Shown here in pieces: positions 13,622 through 27,880 of a DNA stretch of 64,000 nt (position 1 is the first letter of the stretch; the number at the start of each line of letters is the position of its first letter). The translations under genes and the position numbers were made by a program. The stretch comes from Mobula birostris (lineage: Eukaryota): positions 98,162,699 to 98,226,698 of the forward strand of contig NC_092382.1 of NCBI RefSeq assembly GCF_030028105.1, written 5' to 3'. The notes beneath the pieces were generated by a model, which worked only from the letters and a program-made list of their open reading frames with translations, was not told where the DNA came from and did not search any database.

Positions 13622-14239
13622 CGTCCGGTGCTCCCGATGTGGCCTTTGATATATTGGCGAGACCCGACGCAGACTGGGACACCGCTTTGCTGAACACCTG
13701 CACTCTGTCCGCCAGAGAAAGCAGGATCTCCCAGTGGCCACACATTTTAATTCCACATCCTCAGGTTGGAGGAACAACACCTTATATTCCGTCTGGGTAG
13801 CCTCCAACCTGATGGCATGAAAATCGACTTCTCTAACTTCCACTAATGTCCCACCTCCCCCTCGTACCTCATCTGTTACATTTTTTATACACACATTCTT
13901 TCTCTCACTCTCCTTTTTGTCCGTCTGTCCCTCTGAATATACCCCTTGCCCATCCTCTGGGTCCCTCCCCCACCTCATCTTTCTTCCCGGACCTCCTGTC
14001 CCATGATCCTCTCGTATCCCTTTTGCCTATCACCTGTCCAGCTCTTGGCTCCATCCCTCCCCCTCCTGTCTTCTCCTATCATTTTGGATCTCCCCCCCAC
14101 CTCCAACTTTCAAATCCCTTACTCACTCTTCCTTCAGTTAGTCCTGACGAAGGGTCTTGGCCTGAAACGTCGACTGCGCCTCTTCCTAGAGATGCTGCCT
14201 GGCCTGCTGCGCTCACCAGCAACTGTTATGTGTGTTGCT
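13622..14239 (+). mobile_element. Penelope-like element, 5'-truncated (GIY-YIG C-terminus and terminal repeat)
   Basis: GIY-YIG remnant; high similarity to 62306-63355; flanked by 9-bp direct repeat tgtcttatg (13613-13621, 14240-14248). Confidence 0.85.
14139..14176 (+). ncRNA. Minimal type I hammerhead ribozyme motif
   Basis: UAGUC-CUGACGA-A-GGGU(CUUG)GCCU-GAAAC-GUC-GACUG: stem I pairs, core intact, palindromic ACGU in place of stem III. Confidence 0.7.
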
Positions 14240-14698
14240 TGTCTTATGACGAGAGGCTGGACAAACGGGTCGTTTTCTCTGAAGCGCCTGAGTCTCAGGG
14301 GAGATTTGGCAGATGTTTATAAGCTTATGAGAGGCATAGATAGAGAAATAGGAAGTATCTGTACCCCAGTGTTCAAATATGTAAGAGCAGAGGCTATGCA
14401 TCGAAAATGAGAGGAAGTAGTTTCAAGCTGGATGTGAGGAATAGTTGTTTTTTTTTCACTCTGAGACCGTGGATGCCTGGTATTGACGTGGAGGCAAATA
14501 CGTTAGAAGATTTTAAGAGACGCCTGGATAGTCATAAGAATGTAAGACGGTGGAGGATATTGAGATTGCCGAGGTAGGACTGATGAGTGCTTGGGTATTT
14601 TTCATTTAATTTATAGCTGGTTCCGAACTTCTATGTTCCAAGTAATTGACAAATGACTCCCTCAGCGGACATTTTTAAAACATCTATACACACGCGCC

Positions 14699-14759
14699 CA
14701 CACACACACACACGCACACACACACACACACACACACATACACACACACACACACACAC
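14699..14759. repeat. (CA)n microsatellite
   Basis: Seen directly. Confidence 0.95.
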
Positions 14760-17014
14760 GTATATGTATAAACAAGCAATGACTGTCGAGGCCATCCGAT
14801 GAGGAGCCCTTGAAAATCAATCCATACGTCATGGTGCAGGGCAATGTCGGGATTAGAATTTTTCAGGTGTATTAATTGCTTTGATGGCGGTCCTGTCAGT
14901 GCTAACGCCCCTGTATCACCTTCCAGAGAATGAAGAGAGCATGGTCTGGGTGATGGAGATCACTGATGATGGATTTTGCTTTTCTGCTACTGCGTTCCTT
15001 GTAGAAGCAGTCAATAATGAGAAGGGTTTTACCCCTGATGGACTGGGCTGTATTCACATTACTTAAAAAGAATATTTTCTTTACAGCTGGTACAGGAACC
15101 CATACAATGGTTGCATAACCGTGACCTCAGTACGGGTTCCGCTGCCGCTTCAGCAGCTTAAAATGACTCCGCACTGATCTCCTCCTGCCGCTGAACCCTG
15201 CATGCGGGACCTGTGCTGCGCCGGCCCGCACAGCGTCTCCCGCACCCACGTTCAGCTGCCTCTCTGATGAGGTGACACTCCACCTGCCAGTCTGCCGGTT
15301 TCGCCTGATGTACCCGGTGTTGCCAGTGCAGTGAGGCCTCCACCTCTTCGGTGAGATCCGAATGATTATAGGGGAACGTTTCTGCGAGTCCCTCGGCACC
15401 GTCGTGCGCAATAGTTAGAACTGCCTCTGGTCAGCAAATCTACTCCATCTTCCTATTCCCATACTGAGAGTTTATTCCTTAAATATTAATTATACTTACA
15501 AATCGAGCGCCGCCCCAACAAATATCAGAGAATGCGCTTTAACCGTAAATTAATCAAGGAACAATTTACAAAAAAGTAATTAACCAACCGGACAGCTCTT
15601 TAAAGTGTGGAAAGACAGATGGTGAATACGAGCACATTGAACGAGTGGGACACACAGATTGTCCTTACCGAGAACACTGCAATTGATCTCAGAACTCCGA
15701 CCCTAACCGTTAGGTTAAGAGCCTGACCACGGTCTTTGCTGCTGGAATGATATTTTTAGGGGAAACAGTTCGTATTCTGTCTGGGTAGTATACTACCTAC
15801 GGGTATGAACAGCGATTTCTCCAGCACCAACTCCTTTGTCCTCACTCACTACTCTCTCCTGTTCCATCAACGTTCCTGGTTCCCCTCTCGTTTCTTGTTA
15901 TCAGCTCACTTACCCATCTTCTCCTCCGGTGAACCCCCTTCCTCGCTTTCGTGTACTAGCCAGTGTCCTCAGGTTCCCACATCTATGTTCTCGTACAGTT
16001 TCCGCCGATCACCGCTCAGTTTCCTACATCACCCCGCCCGATCCTACACTGTCCATCACTTATTTTCACACAGCACCCCCCCCACCCCCCGCGTCAGTAG
16101 TTAATCCACCTCATCGTACCCTGAGCCGGCCCCTTGACCTTTCCAATCCAGAAAAAGTCTCTCCAAAGTGTCAGCTGTTCATTCTCTTCATTGGAACATG
16201 ACAGCACCAGAGCAGTCCCGTCGCCCCACAAAGTCGCACTGTACCAGTTGGATAAGTAACCTAATGACTAACCAATCTTATCTGCTTGAATTATCAGCAT
16301 GTCCTTCCATTTTCCTCAGAGGCACATGTCTGTATCAGCAGCTCCTCAATGTCTCCCCTCCTTGTGTCCCCACCATCACACCAGGAAGTGCATCCCATGC
16401 ACCCACTACTCTCTGTGTAAAGGTCTTGCTCTTTCGAGTTCATTTGAAATTACCGCCCGAAGATCCTCCGGCGCCTTGCGTAAGTTAAATTGTTTGTGTC
16501 GTCCGCAAGATTATTAGTCAACTCATTCACATGCATCCAAGTTATTTATATGTGTCACAAATCCCGGAACAACTCACTGTCGAACTTATTCTACAGACTG
16601 TTATTTCTCCTTTGTAATTAAAATGCGATTCCCGGGTGACAACATTGAAATCTCGGCATTGTCGACTGCCATCTTCTGCTGGCATACGAATCTACTTTTC
16701 TTTTATGTTTACATAGTGTTATCAAAAACCAGAGGGATCATAGTCATAGACTTACCTGCCTGGGAGATATTACCGTATTTCTCAACCGTTTCGAAGCAAC
16801 AGACACTGAACTGCCGTATTACTTTGACACAGTTATGATTTCTGTGACCACAGTTTCAACCCATCTGCACTTTTACCGAGCCTCCTTCAACATCTCCAAC
16901 TCCATCACGTCCCATTCGCCCTTCAATTTATAATAACCAGTGGTCCCAGTAGCCCTTCAATTTATAATAACCTACCAGATAAAATGGGGCATATTGGGCG
17001 GTATGGGAGAAGTG

Positions 17015-20000
17015 TCACCGAGGATTAATGCAATCCTGACAACGCCGAATGAACTTTGCCATGAGGCGTAAGGGTGATTTCACCGTCTCCTTCAGCTGCA
17101 CCCTGAACCTGGCCTGGACCACGGCGTAAAGGAACGTGTTGGTGCAGCAGCTGAGGAGCTGCAGCATGTAGCCCAGCTCCCGCAGAGAATTCGGGGGAAT
17201 CGAATCAAAGCTCTCCCATATGGAATACACCGTCAGCAGCGCCCACAGCAGGATGAAATTCCCCGACATAACCAGCAGTAAGAGGAGGGCTTGCCTGCGG
17301 TTCTTCAACTCCGGGTCGGCGGGCATTTCGCCATCCCGCGAACCACGGAGTCTCCTCCGGGCTCGGCTGGCGAGGAAGACGTGTCTGATGGTTAAACTAT
17401 TGAGCAGGAGTATCAGGACAAAGGGGAATATTGGGGTGAGGAGGAAATGAATCAGTCGAAATGTTGCCAGGTGAGAAATGGAAAATGAACGGTTACTGGT
17501 ACAGCAGAGCAAGGACCGATCTAATGCGGAATATGACTCATCGAGCATAAAGTACCAGAATATGTTCTTTACGCAGCTCAGCACAGTCATTGTCCCCAGA
17601 ACCAGAGCCGCCGCTCTCCCGGTGCAGTATCTTCGTTTCAGCTCCTGAAAACAAATGGCGACAAACCGATCAAAGGTGAAAGTGACGGTGAACCAGACAG
17701 AACAGTCCGTGGCGGCGTAGAACAGAACGGCGTGTATATTACACACGGGAGCACGATGTGACCAGTAGAAAAACTCCATTGGCACGTTAGTCATCGGAAT
17801 CTTGTTCAATACCAGATCGAAGAGAACGACGAGCTGATCCGCTGCTACCATGGCGACCAGGTACCTTGTGACGCCTTTGGAGAGACCGCACTTTCCCCGC
17901 GACAGGATGACGATTGTCACAACGTTCACTGTGCGGACGGAAATATAGAAGATTAATACACTTTCGGATGGAAACTTTCTCTGAAAGCAATTATTTTAAT
18001 CGATAGCCCTCCCAAGAGCAGAGATGAACATGGAATTAATGTAACTATGAAGGAGATTATCAGGATCATTATTAAATTGGTAGTAATTGCAATGCACCTG
18101 CTGAAGTTCAGAAGGATGAGAGGAGTGTCACTGAAACTTATTGAACATTGAAAGGCCGAGATATCGTGGACGCGGAGAGGGTTGCTTCAGTCGTGGGGGA
18201 GTCTACAACCTGAAGACGAGGCTTCACAATAAAAAGACATCCCTTCAGAACGGAGATGGGTCGTAATTTCTTAAGACCGAGACAGGTGAATGTGTGGAAT
18301 TCAGCGGCACAGACGGTTCTGGGGTAAGTTCATTGGAACCATTGGCAGAGGAGAGTGATGGGTGCTTTATTCATCAGGCTGCCGATGGCTACGGGGCTGG
18401 GCGCCAGAATGTGGTTGAGTGCGATAATGAATCAGCTACACGGAATGGCGGCGAAAGCTCGGTGCTCGGCTGGTCGAATTTAGCTTCTGAGCTTTATGGG
18501 CAAAGCAGTGATAGCAATCGATGCCTGAAACGTATTCTGATCTTTAGCACCAGGAGAACGAGTTGCAAACGGGAAGTGTTAGGAGAGTAATGAACGAATT
18601 AATGTACCAAGTACCACGGTGACAGAAATTCAACTCCCCTCAGCTGTAAACACGAGAGAAAGTGAGAATATAAGAACATTAATAGTAGGATCAGGAATAG
18701 TCCATCTGTTCGGACTGGCATGATCTGACAATGAAGAAGATCATGGCTGATCTGACCATGGACTCATCGCCGCATACCTACCTTTTCCTCATAGCCCTTA
18801 ATTCGTCTACTATGCAAAATCAGTGGCAGCCGGTCTGAAATATATTTATTGAAGTTGCCTCCAGTGCTGCACTGAGCAGAGAATTCCACAATTCACCGGC
18901 CTCTGAGAGAAGAAATTCCTCCTCAACACGGTCCTAAGTTCAGTCCGCAGAATCCTCAGGCTATGCCCCGTAGTTCTAACCTCGCCTACCAGTGGAAACA
19001 ACTTTCCGGCGGCTATCTTATCTATCCATTCCATAATTTTAGATGTTTCTAGCGACTTCCTTTCATTCTTCTGAGTTCCAGCGAGCACGATGCCCATCGA
19101 AACAATTTCCCCACATAGCCGAACCACCTCAGCTCTGCAATCAACTGGTGAACCGCCTGCACAGCCAGCTTACCCATCCTCAAGTCGGGAGACCAGAACT
19201 GCACAGTACTCCAAATGCCTCCTCAATAGTTCCTTGTCCAGCTGCAGCACATCCTCCCTACTCTTAAACTCAATTCCTCTGACAACAAAGGCTAACATCC
19301 TATTTACTTTATTGACAGTCTGCTGCACCTGCAAACCAAACTTTTGTGATTCAAGCACAAGTACTCCAACGCCCCTCCGCACAGCAGCATACTGCAATCG
19401 TTTACCACGTAAATAATATTCTGTTCTTACAATTGTCCTTCCCATTCGATAACCTCGCATTTACCAACTTTGCACTCCATCTGCCAGACGCTGCTGCATT
19501 CGCTGAACATATTAATATCCCTCTGCATGTTGTCAGTTTCCTCTGCACTCTTTGTGGCGTCGATAGATCATGGCAGTGATGATGCCCACGTACCCTTATG
19601 CTTTTTAACTGGTGAGACGTTGGAGTATTACATAACTGGTGGGTATCTTGTGACAGTCTTGTGACCATGATGTCGTTCAGTACCTTGTAAGATTAGGAAG
19701 GTTTGTGCAATGTTCATTCGCCAGGACAAGGTCAGTTTATTTAAACCATTTGATTTGCTTCGCTGTGAATCTATTGGACAGAATCAGAAGTAACGTCACG
19801 TCTCGAAGACAGCCGTTTCCAGAGACATCTCTCCTGATTGACTGTGTAAATCACTTGGGCTTTCGAAGTTACCATTTTAATACTGTGTTCGAATTTACCA
19901 CTTTAAGAACTGTTCCGGGGTTGTCGCATAGCAGTTAACTGCTCGTTAAGTTAGTCACTTGAATAGTTTTCGCTATTGCTGACCAGAATGTATTACATGT

Positions 20001-20844
20001 TTGTTTGTTTGTTTATAAAATCTGACACAATTATATATTTGTGTTGCGAGTGACGTGACATAAGCTATTTGTTTGTTTATTAATTTATTTTTAAATTAAT
20101 TCCGCTAATACTCTATTCTGCCAACATATTTACCCTACCTAAAAGAACGTCTCTCATTTACCTATGTTGAACTCCAACTGGCTCTTCTTAACGCAGTTTT
20201 GCATCCTCTCAAACTCCAGCTGTAACCTCTGACAGCCCTCCACACTGTCCACAGCGCCCCCAATCTTCTTTCATTACCAAATGCACTAACCCATCGCTCC
20301 ACTTCCTCACCCAGGTCATTTATAAAAATCAGGAAGAGTAGGAGTTCCAGAACAGATCCCTGAACCACACCACTGGTCAACACCCTCAATGCAGAATATG
20401 ACAGTCTACAACAACACTTTGCCTTCTGTGGGTAAGCCATTTCTGTATCCGCATAGCAATGTCCCCTTGGATGACATGCCTCCTAAATTTCACAATAAGA
20501 CTTGCATGCGGTACCTTATCAAATACACTCAGCCGATGTTTGCTGAAGCGATACCGGTTGGAAAGACCTGTCTTGCAATTAGCGAGTCGTTAGAATACAG
20601 GGATGAATGAGAAGCTAACTTCTATTTTTCAACATAATCATGAGGAAGAGACGAGACACTTACCAAGAGGAGCTACAATTGCGAGTGCAGGGTAGTAAAA
20701 CTCTTGGACTCTCCGAAGCAGGAGACTGATTCGATTGTCCAAAATCAGCCATTGGTAATCATCAACAAGATGTGGATACAGCAAGAAAACGTACTTCGCA
20801 ATTTCCGTAGCATTGGGCGATGCAGTTCCAGGATTATAATCCAT
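17015..20844 (-). CDS. Class A GPCR, GPR139/GPR142-like, copy 2; exons 20844-20664 and 17928-17015, 364 aa
   Basis: 181-nt exon 1 ending G|GTAAGT; acceptor CAG|TG at 17928; open spliced frame; DRF and NTFLY motifs; 4-aa deletion in ECL3 relative to copies 1 and 3. Confidence 0.9.
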
Positions 20845-21321
20845 TGCTGGGATTCGTGTTCCCGATCCAGCCCCTGTCTTCTCTCTGCCTGCAGCCGCTG
20901 GTCTCTGATAGCGTAGACTGGCGGCTCTCTCTGAAACTGTGGTTGTGAGGGAGACATATTAATAGAAAAGGTAACCAGCAGCCACACCTCCGCGGTGACG
21001 ACGACAATCTCTACGGACACTCCCTTCATTAAACTCTCCGGAATGACAGGTGCAATTAACCCTTTATGCAGGCCGTCAGAGAAGCGATACCAAAGCAGAT
21101 TGCAAGTGTATACAATAATCCCACCAGTCGGCTGTCCACAGATGCGTGCCCTGTCTGTAGATGGACACAAAACTGAGAAACTTTTTGACACACAGCTGGA
21201 CACTGATATACAACCAGACTGAAAAGGAAGGTACACGCAGCAAATAAAAAAGAAAACTATAATGACATACACAGTTTAAAATAATCATTGCATAGATATT
21301 TCTTAAAAATTATAGTGTCTA

Positions 21322-22942
21322 CAGTGGCATGCAATGGTTTGGGCACCCTAGTCAAAATTTGTGACCCTGTAATAGCTCAGCGAGTAAAAGGTGACCTGAT
21401 TTCCAAAAAAGCATAAAGTTAAAGATGACAGATTTCTTCAATAACTGAAGCAGGATTACTTTATATTTTTCCCATCCTTTACTGTTACAATATAACAAAC
21501 ATGGAAAAGGTTCTGAAGCAAAAGTTTGCGCACCCTGCATGGTCAGTACTTGGTACTCCCCCTTTGGCAAGTATCAAAACTTGTGAACGCTTTTCGTAGC
21601 CGGACAAGTGTCTTTCAATGATGTTTGGGGATTTTCGCCTACTCTTCCTTGTAAAAGGCTTCTAGTTCTGTGAGACTCTTGCGCCGTCTTGTATGCACTG
21701 TTTTTTTGAGTTTTATCTAAAGATTTTCGATGATATTGTTGTCGGCGGACTGCAAGGGGCATGGTAAAACCTTCAGCTTGCGCCTCTTGAGGTAGTCTAT
21801 TGTGGATGATGAGGTGTGTTTCGGATCATTATCGTGTTGCAGAAGTCATCCTTTTTTGATCTGCAGCTTTTGAATAGACGGTGTGATGTTTGCTTCCAGA
21901 ATTTGCTGGTATTTAATTGAATTAATTCCTCCCTCTACCAGTGAAATGTTGCCCGTGCTATTGCTGCATCAAAATCCCAAATCATGTTTGACTCACCCCC
22001 GTGCTTAACGGTTGCAGTGGTGTTATTTTCATGAAATTCCTCACTCCCTTTATCTCCAAACATACCTTTGCTCATTGCGACCGGTAAGTTAAATTTTAAC
22101 ATCATCAGTCCAAAGGACTTGTTTCCAAAATGCATCAGGCTTGTTTAGATGTGCCTTTGCAAACTTCTCACGCTGAGTTTCGTGGTGAGGACGCAGGAAA
22201 GTTTTTTTTTCTGCTGACTCTTCCATGAAGGTCACGTGTGTGCATGTGTTGCTGCACAGAAGAACAGTGCACCCCCATTCCAGAGTCCGCGAAATCTTCC
22301 TGAAGGTCTTTTGCAGTCAACTGGGGAATTTAATTTGCTTTTTTTTCGCAATCCTACGAGCAGTCTCTCAGATAGTTATCTTGTTCTACCACACCTCAAC
22401 TTGACCTCCACCGTTTCTGTTAACTGCCATTTCTTAATTGCATTACGAACTGAGTAAACGGCTACATGAACATGCTTTGCTATCTTCTTTTAGCCTTCTC
22501 CTGCTTTGAGGGCATCATTTATTTTTATTTTCGGAGGGCTTGGCAGCTGCTTAGAGGAGCCCATGCCTGCTGATTGTTTGGACAATGTTTGAGGAGTCGG
22601 GTTATTTCAAAGGCTTTGAAATTTGCATTCCCTGGCCTTTCCTAACGATGACCGTGAACAAACCAGAGCCCAAACAAGATAATTAAGGTCTGAGACCTTG
22701 GTAAAAGTGTTTAAAGAGCTCAAATCTCTAGATGTACCCAAACTTCTGCATGATGCTCTTTTCCTTTATCTTCACTCGAAAATTGATCAAAGCAAAAAAT
22801 ACACGAACCTTGCTTCAAATGTTGAAAAGAATGATTCATCTGTATCTTTATGAATTCTGGAGATCAGTTCATCTTCGACTCACTGAACGTTTCACTGTAG
22901 CGGAAATTTTGACCGGGGTCCTCAAATATTTGCATACCAGTG
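21322..22942 (-). mobile_element. Tc1/mariner DNA transposon, 1621 bp, decayed transposase
   Basis: ~39-bp TIRs (cagtggcatgcaatggtttgggcacc... / ...cctcaaatatttgcataccagtg) flanked by TA; remnants KHGGESNMIW, NDPKHTSSST; empty site in unit 3 near 33530-33550. Confidence 0.9.
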
Positions 22943-23009
22943 TAGGTAGATTGAAAATGATATCGAGTTTGATAATTTCAAAATAATGATTTTTTAGAAA
23001 AAAAAGTTT

Positions 23010-24900
23010 TTACCAGCGGCCAATCGGGTCTCCCTGTGATTTAGGAGGAGGGGACAGCACAGGTATAAACGCGACAGGCTGTCGTTAGATTGAGAAGCAG
23101 CTTTGACTAGCGACCAGGAGGCGTTTGTGGTTGACCTGCAAAAGGAGGCAGGGTCATATGCAGTGGCCATGGTCTGAATGGGCCGTGAAGTAAGTGATCT
23201 TCAGGCTTCTGCTCGCCGAGGCGTTAGCTCAGGATGCAAAGCAGGCAAAGAAAAGAAAAGCACTAGGCTAAGTCTTTTGTTCCTTCCCTTTTCTATATCT
23301 GATCAGATAGGATAACAGAGAAGCCAGGCAGGATAGTTAAATGCTCCTCTTGCGGAATCTGGGAATGCATAGAGAACTCCAGTAACCCTGACCACGACAG
23401 CTGCGAGAGCTGCGTTCAGCTGCAGCTTCTGACAATCCACGTTAACATAGAATATAGAATATAGAACGTAGTATAGTACAGCACAGTACAGGCCCTTCGG
23501 CACACAATGTTGTGCCGACCCTCAAACCCTGCCTCCCATATAACCCCCCACCTTAAATTCCTCCATATACCTGTCTAGTAGTCTCTTAAACTTCACTAGT
23601 GTATCTGCCTCCACCACTGACTCAGGCAGTGCATTCCACGCACCAAAAACTCTCTGAGTAAAAACCCTTCCTATCATATCGCTCTTGAACTTCCCACCCC
23701 TTACCTAAAAGCCATGTCCTCTTGTATTGAGCAGTGGTGCCCTGGGGAAGAAGCGCTGGATATCCACTCTATCTATTCCTCGTATTACCTTGTACAGCTC
23801 TATCATGTCTCCTCTCACCTTCCTTCTCTCCAAAGAGTAAAGCCCTAGGTCCCTTAATCTCTAATCATGATGCATACTCTCTAAACCAGCAGCATCCTGG
23901 TAAATCTCTTCGGTACCCTTTCCAATGCTTCCACATCCTTCCTATAGTGAGGCGACCAGAACTGGACACAGTACTCCAAGTGTGGACTAACCAGAGATTT
24001 ACAGAGCTGCATCGTTACATCACGACTCTTAAACTCCATCCCCCGACTTATGAAAGATAACACCCCATAAGCTTTCTTAACTACCCTTTCTACCTGTGAG
24101 GCAGCTTTCAGGGATCTGCGTACAGGGGTCCCCCTGCCCCTCTACACTACCATGTATCCTGCTATGTACTTTGTACTGTGCTTTGGAGTTTGTCCTTCCA
24201 AAGTGAACCACCTCACACTTGCCGGGTTGAACTCCATTGTCATTCAGGAGGTGGAGCAAGAACTGGACGAGCCGCAGATCATTGATGGAAAAGACATACA
24301 GAGCGGCAGTTACACCCAGGGTGCAGGGCACAGGAGACTGTCTGACAGTCATGAAGGAAAAACGGCTGAAGGGGACAGGGCAGAGTTCTCTTCTCAACAT
24401 CTCGCTCAACATTTTGGATACCGTCGCGGAGTTTGTGGGGCGGGAGAATCAACTGTGTTCAGTCACAGTGGTCGGTCCCAGGCGCTTAGTTTCCCGCTGT
24501 GACCCAGAAGGGAAGTGTGCTTTGAGCGGTGACTGTCTGTGTGTGTGGGGCTGCGGGGGGCGGAGTGCAGAAGTCACTATGTGATGATAGGATATTCGAT
24601 AGTGGTGCGGACAGGTGGTTCTGTCGCGACAACTTCAGGGATATCTCGGATCGAGTCCTCATTATTCTTAAGTTGGATTGTGAACTGCTCGAAATCGTAG
24701 CCTGTTGAGTTACCAATGACATGTGTGTGATGAACGATGCTGCTCTGCACTGCCAGTACGGGAGTTAAGAGCGAATTTAAAAGGCAGAACCTCCAGGATC
24801 TGCTGCTCGTTCCACGTGCCTGTGAGGCCGGAAACAGGAAAGGTTTTCAGATTAATAGGTTTTTAAGGAGTTCCTTTTACATCCTAGTCCTCTGGAAATG
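23010..24900 (+). mobile_element. CR1 5' end and ORF1, interrupted by a younger antisense CR1 tail
   Basis: CCAAT (23020) and TATAAA (23064) followed by ORF1-like Cys motif SSCGIWE...CESCVQLQLL; paralogue at 33610-34900. Confidence 0.6.
23445..24225 (-). mobile_element. Younger CR1 3' end
   Basis: ORF remnant KSLVSPHLEYCVQFWSPHYRKDVEALERV; (catagaa)n-type tail; absent from the paralogous site near 34220. Confidence 0.85.
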
Positions 24901-26994
24901 GATGCTAAAATTGCATTTGGCTTCCTCACCTTTCTGCAAACTTTCCTGTAGAGAATCCTCCCAAAAGGCTCTGCACTTCCTCTTGTTTCTCCATTGTTAA
25001 AATAGAACAGGCATAAACAGAGAATATACAGTTTATGGTATGGGGAAGGAGTTGTTTTCAAACACCAGTCCTCTGAAAGTGGATTGGAACATGAATTCGG
25101 CTCCCTTAGCACTGACTCAAACTGCAGATTTTCCTGTGGCTCTGCACTCTTATTTTCAATTCAAATATCCTTCCCAATTACGAAATAGTCCACGACTTTA
25201 TTCCCTCTGCCAAAGAGTAAGACTGGGCACTTCCCTGCAGCAAGTTCTTGCTGCCAATTCTTTGCCTGTGGTCCTGTTTCTTAATTCCTTTTGCAAGCAC
25301 CGTGCTTCCTAATCTCTACCTGCCCTTCCATCTACCTTCGCATGTGTCTGAAACCCTGTCACAAAGCAATCAAACCCTTCATCCAAATCAATGACGTACA
25401 ACGCCAATTATACGACGACTGATCAATGACTACACATGGAAAAATCCATAATAAGCGTCCGGATATAGTAACACAGGACAGACAAAGTATAATAACGTGT
25501 TCAATGGATAAAGCAGTTGCGAACACAGATAACCATTGCAGATCCTGATTGGATTCTTGTCTCTTCTCTCGTTTGGCGACATTTACTTTATTTCCCTTCA
25601 GCTCCCAAAATTGGCTTCACTTGCCAACAATTTCCAAGGAACTCCAATTATTGCAGTCATAGTCACAGAGCACAGTTGCAGCCCGTCGGATCAACCAATC
25701 AATGGCGAGGTCATACCGCTGTGATTCCCATCCCTCCAGGTACCTCCCCATTTGTTTCCTAAATGATACTACCGTCTCTTCCTCAACCACTCTCACTGGT
25801 ATATTTACACTTACTCTGAGCTCCATCTACGTTAAATATTTGCCCTTCCCTTCTCTCCTGAAATTTCCTCTCCTATCTCTGGATCATATTGTACTTGATT
25901 TTGCCTCTTGCTGTTTCAGCTCGTTCCCAGAACACGGTCTTCGCGAGAAATCTTCCAGTAATCTATCCTCCCCCATCACCTGAACACATGTCCACAAGAT
26001 TTAGACTCCCCTATCCAGGTTCTCAAATGACTCTTATCATCCACCTCGTCTACGTCTGTTGACATTTAAAATATAGTTCTGCAACTCCGTCCCTCATTCT
26101 ATTAAGTTCCAAGTATAAAATACCCAACATGGCCTACCAGTCTCCATACCCCAAATCCTCTCGAGCTGGGTACATGCCCGTAAATCTTCCCTACCCTTAT
26201 TCCTGACCAACGGCACTTTTGCATGATGACCAAATACAGTACTCAGTTTTACGACTGAGCCCTGATCAACGACTTACAGAACTGGAACATGATCTCAAAA
26301 CGACTCTCCTGAAATCCCTGTGTAAGTAAGTTTTTCGGACTGTACGCTACTTTTCTATTGCTGACATGTAATAGCTTTCTGAATAATTATCGAAAACCTC
26401 TGCTTGGTGTCCGAGTCCAAGGACACTCAAAGCTGCTACGCAGGTTGACTCTGTGGTGAAGAAGGTAGAAATTTGAACTACCACCTGTCAGTTTTCTATC
26501 TAGCCCCGAAGCAATCATTTTTGTTTGTGGAATGAGAGTATCCTTCCATTTTCTTCACAGGCTCATGTCTGTCTCAGCTTCCGCAGGCAGCTGTGCAGAC
26601 TAAGCTGCTGGGTAGATTCAAGGCAGAGGTTGATAGTTTCTTGGTAGATCAGGGGAATAAGAGATACGGGGCAAGGCAGAAGATTTTGGCTGTGAGGAAA
26701 ATTGGATCAGACATGATAAAATTGCAGAGCAGAACGATGGGCAAAAGTGGCCTCATTCCACTCCAACATCTCATGGTCTGATGGTCCGAATATCAGGATT
26801 ATTCGCAGGGACAGAGATTTTGGTGGGGCCCACATCCAGGTTTTCGCGCGATTTGATCCTGGGTGGGTCGTTTTGAAATTCAAAGACGCGTTATCCTTCA
26901 TTGAGGAGAGGTGGACACAGCTGGACTATTTTCCCCAGAGCGGCGGACCGCAGAAGCAAAATTCGGCCGTTGCCCCATCACATCTACAAAAGAA

Positions 26995-27880
26995 AATCGC
27001 ATAGATGCTGCTTGACCAGCTGCGTTTCTCCAAGATTTTGTGTGTGTTGATTTAGCTTTCCACCATCAGTAGAGCTGTTGTGTTCATGATTTGCTGCTGC
27101 ATTACAAAGTGCCCTCGGGGCAAGCCTACCTTGAAGAAATCTAAAAACTCATTTCAACAGGAGTTCAGTGAGAGCCTCTCTGACTGCACCCGATCTGTAC
27201 CATCAGGTTCCTTCCTCTCCCACCCTTTTCCTTTCCCAATCATCTGACTTCACCTTTCATCTTCTAACTATCTTTCTTATCACCCTTGCTCCCACTTTAA
27301 ATTCTGGTGTCTTTCCCCCTTCTTCCCAGTCCTGTTGATAGGTCCTGGTGCACAACATTGACTGTTCATTCTTTTCCATAGATGTTGAGTTCCTCCAGCA
27401 ATTTGAAAGAAGAAATGCACTTTCTATTTTTATTCTTCAAACGAAAATGGAATCTACCGGCCATTCTGTTTGGCTGATTTACAATCCCTCCCAACCCCAT
27501 TCCCCTACCTTCTACCGTAACCTTTGATGGTCGTAATAATTATAAACATTTCTAACTCCGCCTTGAAGATGCCCAATAACTCCACCTCTCGTCTCTTCTG
27601 TTCAGCTGACTTACCATTATACTCCAGCTGGAGAACCTCCGTCTACCCTTTCGTCCATTGCCAGCTCCTCACTTTCCCTCTTCTTTATTCCCTTCCCTCT
27701 TCCACCTATCTCCTCAGAGGATTTTAATTCACCCCCATCGGCCCACTCCCGTCACCTTATTTGCCTTACCACGAGTCAGATTGTAATCCATCCTCTCATC
27801 CCGCTGAACCCACACGGCCCCTTGCCGTTCCCAATCCCTATGAAGGATCTCGCTCCGAATTGTCAATTGTTCATTCCCTG
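26995..27880 (+). mobile_element. Old Penelope-like terminal-repeat fragments
   Basis: atagatgctgcttgaccagctgcg motif and decayed hammerhead remnants near 27325-27365 and 27835-27870. Confidence 0.5.

Larger units (their letters stand above)
12580..14640 (+). mobile_element. CR1 LINE RT fragment interrupted by a Penelope-like insertion
   Basis: CR1-like remnants (EYFNKVTTGIDECRAVDAVYM; LRGDLADVYKLMRGIDRE). Confidence 0.7.
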
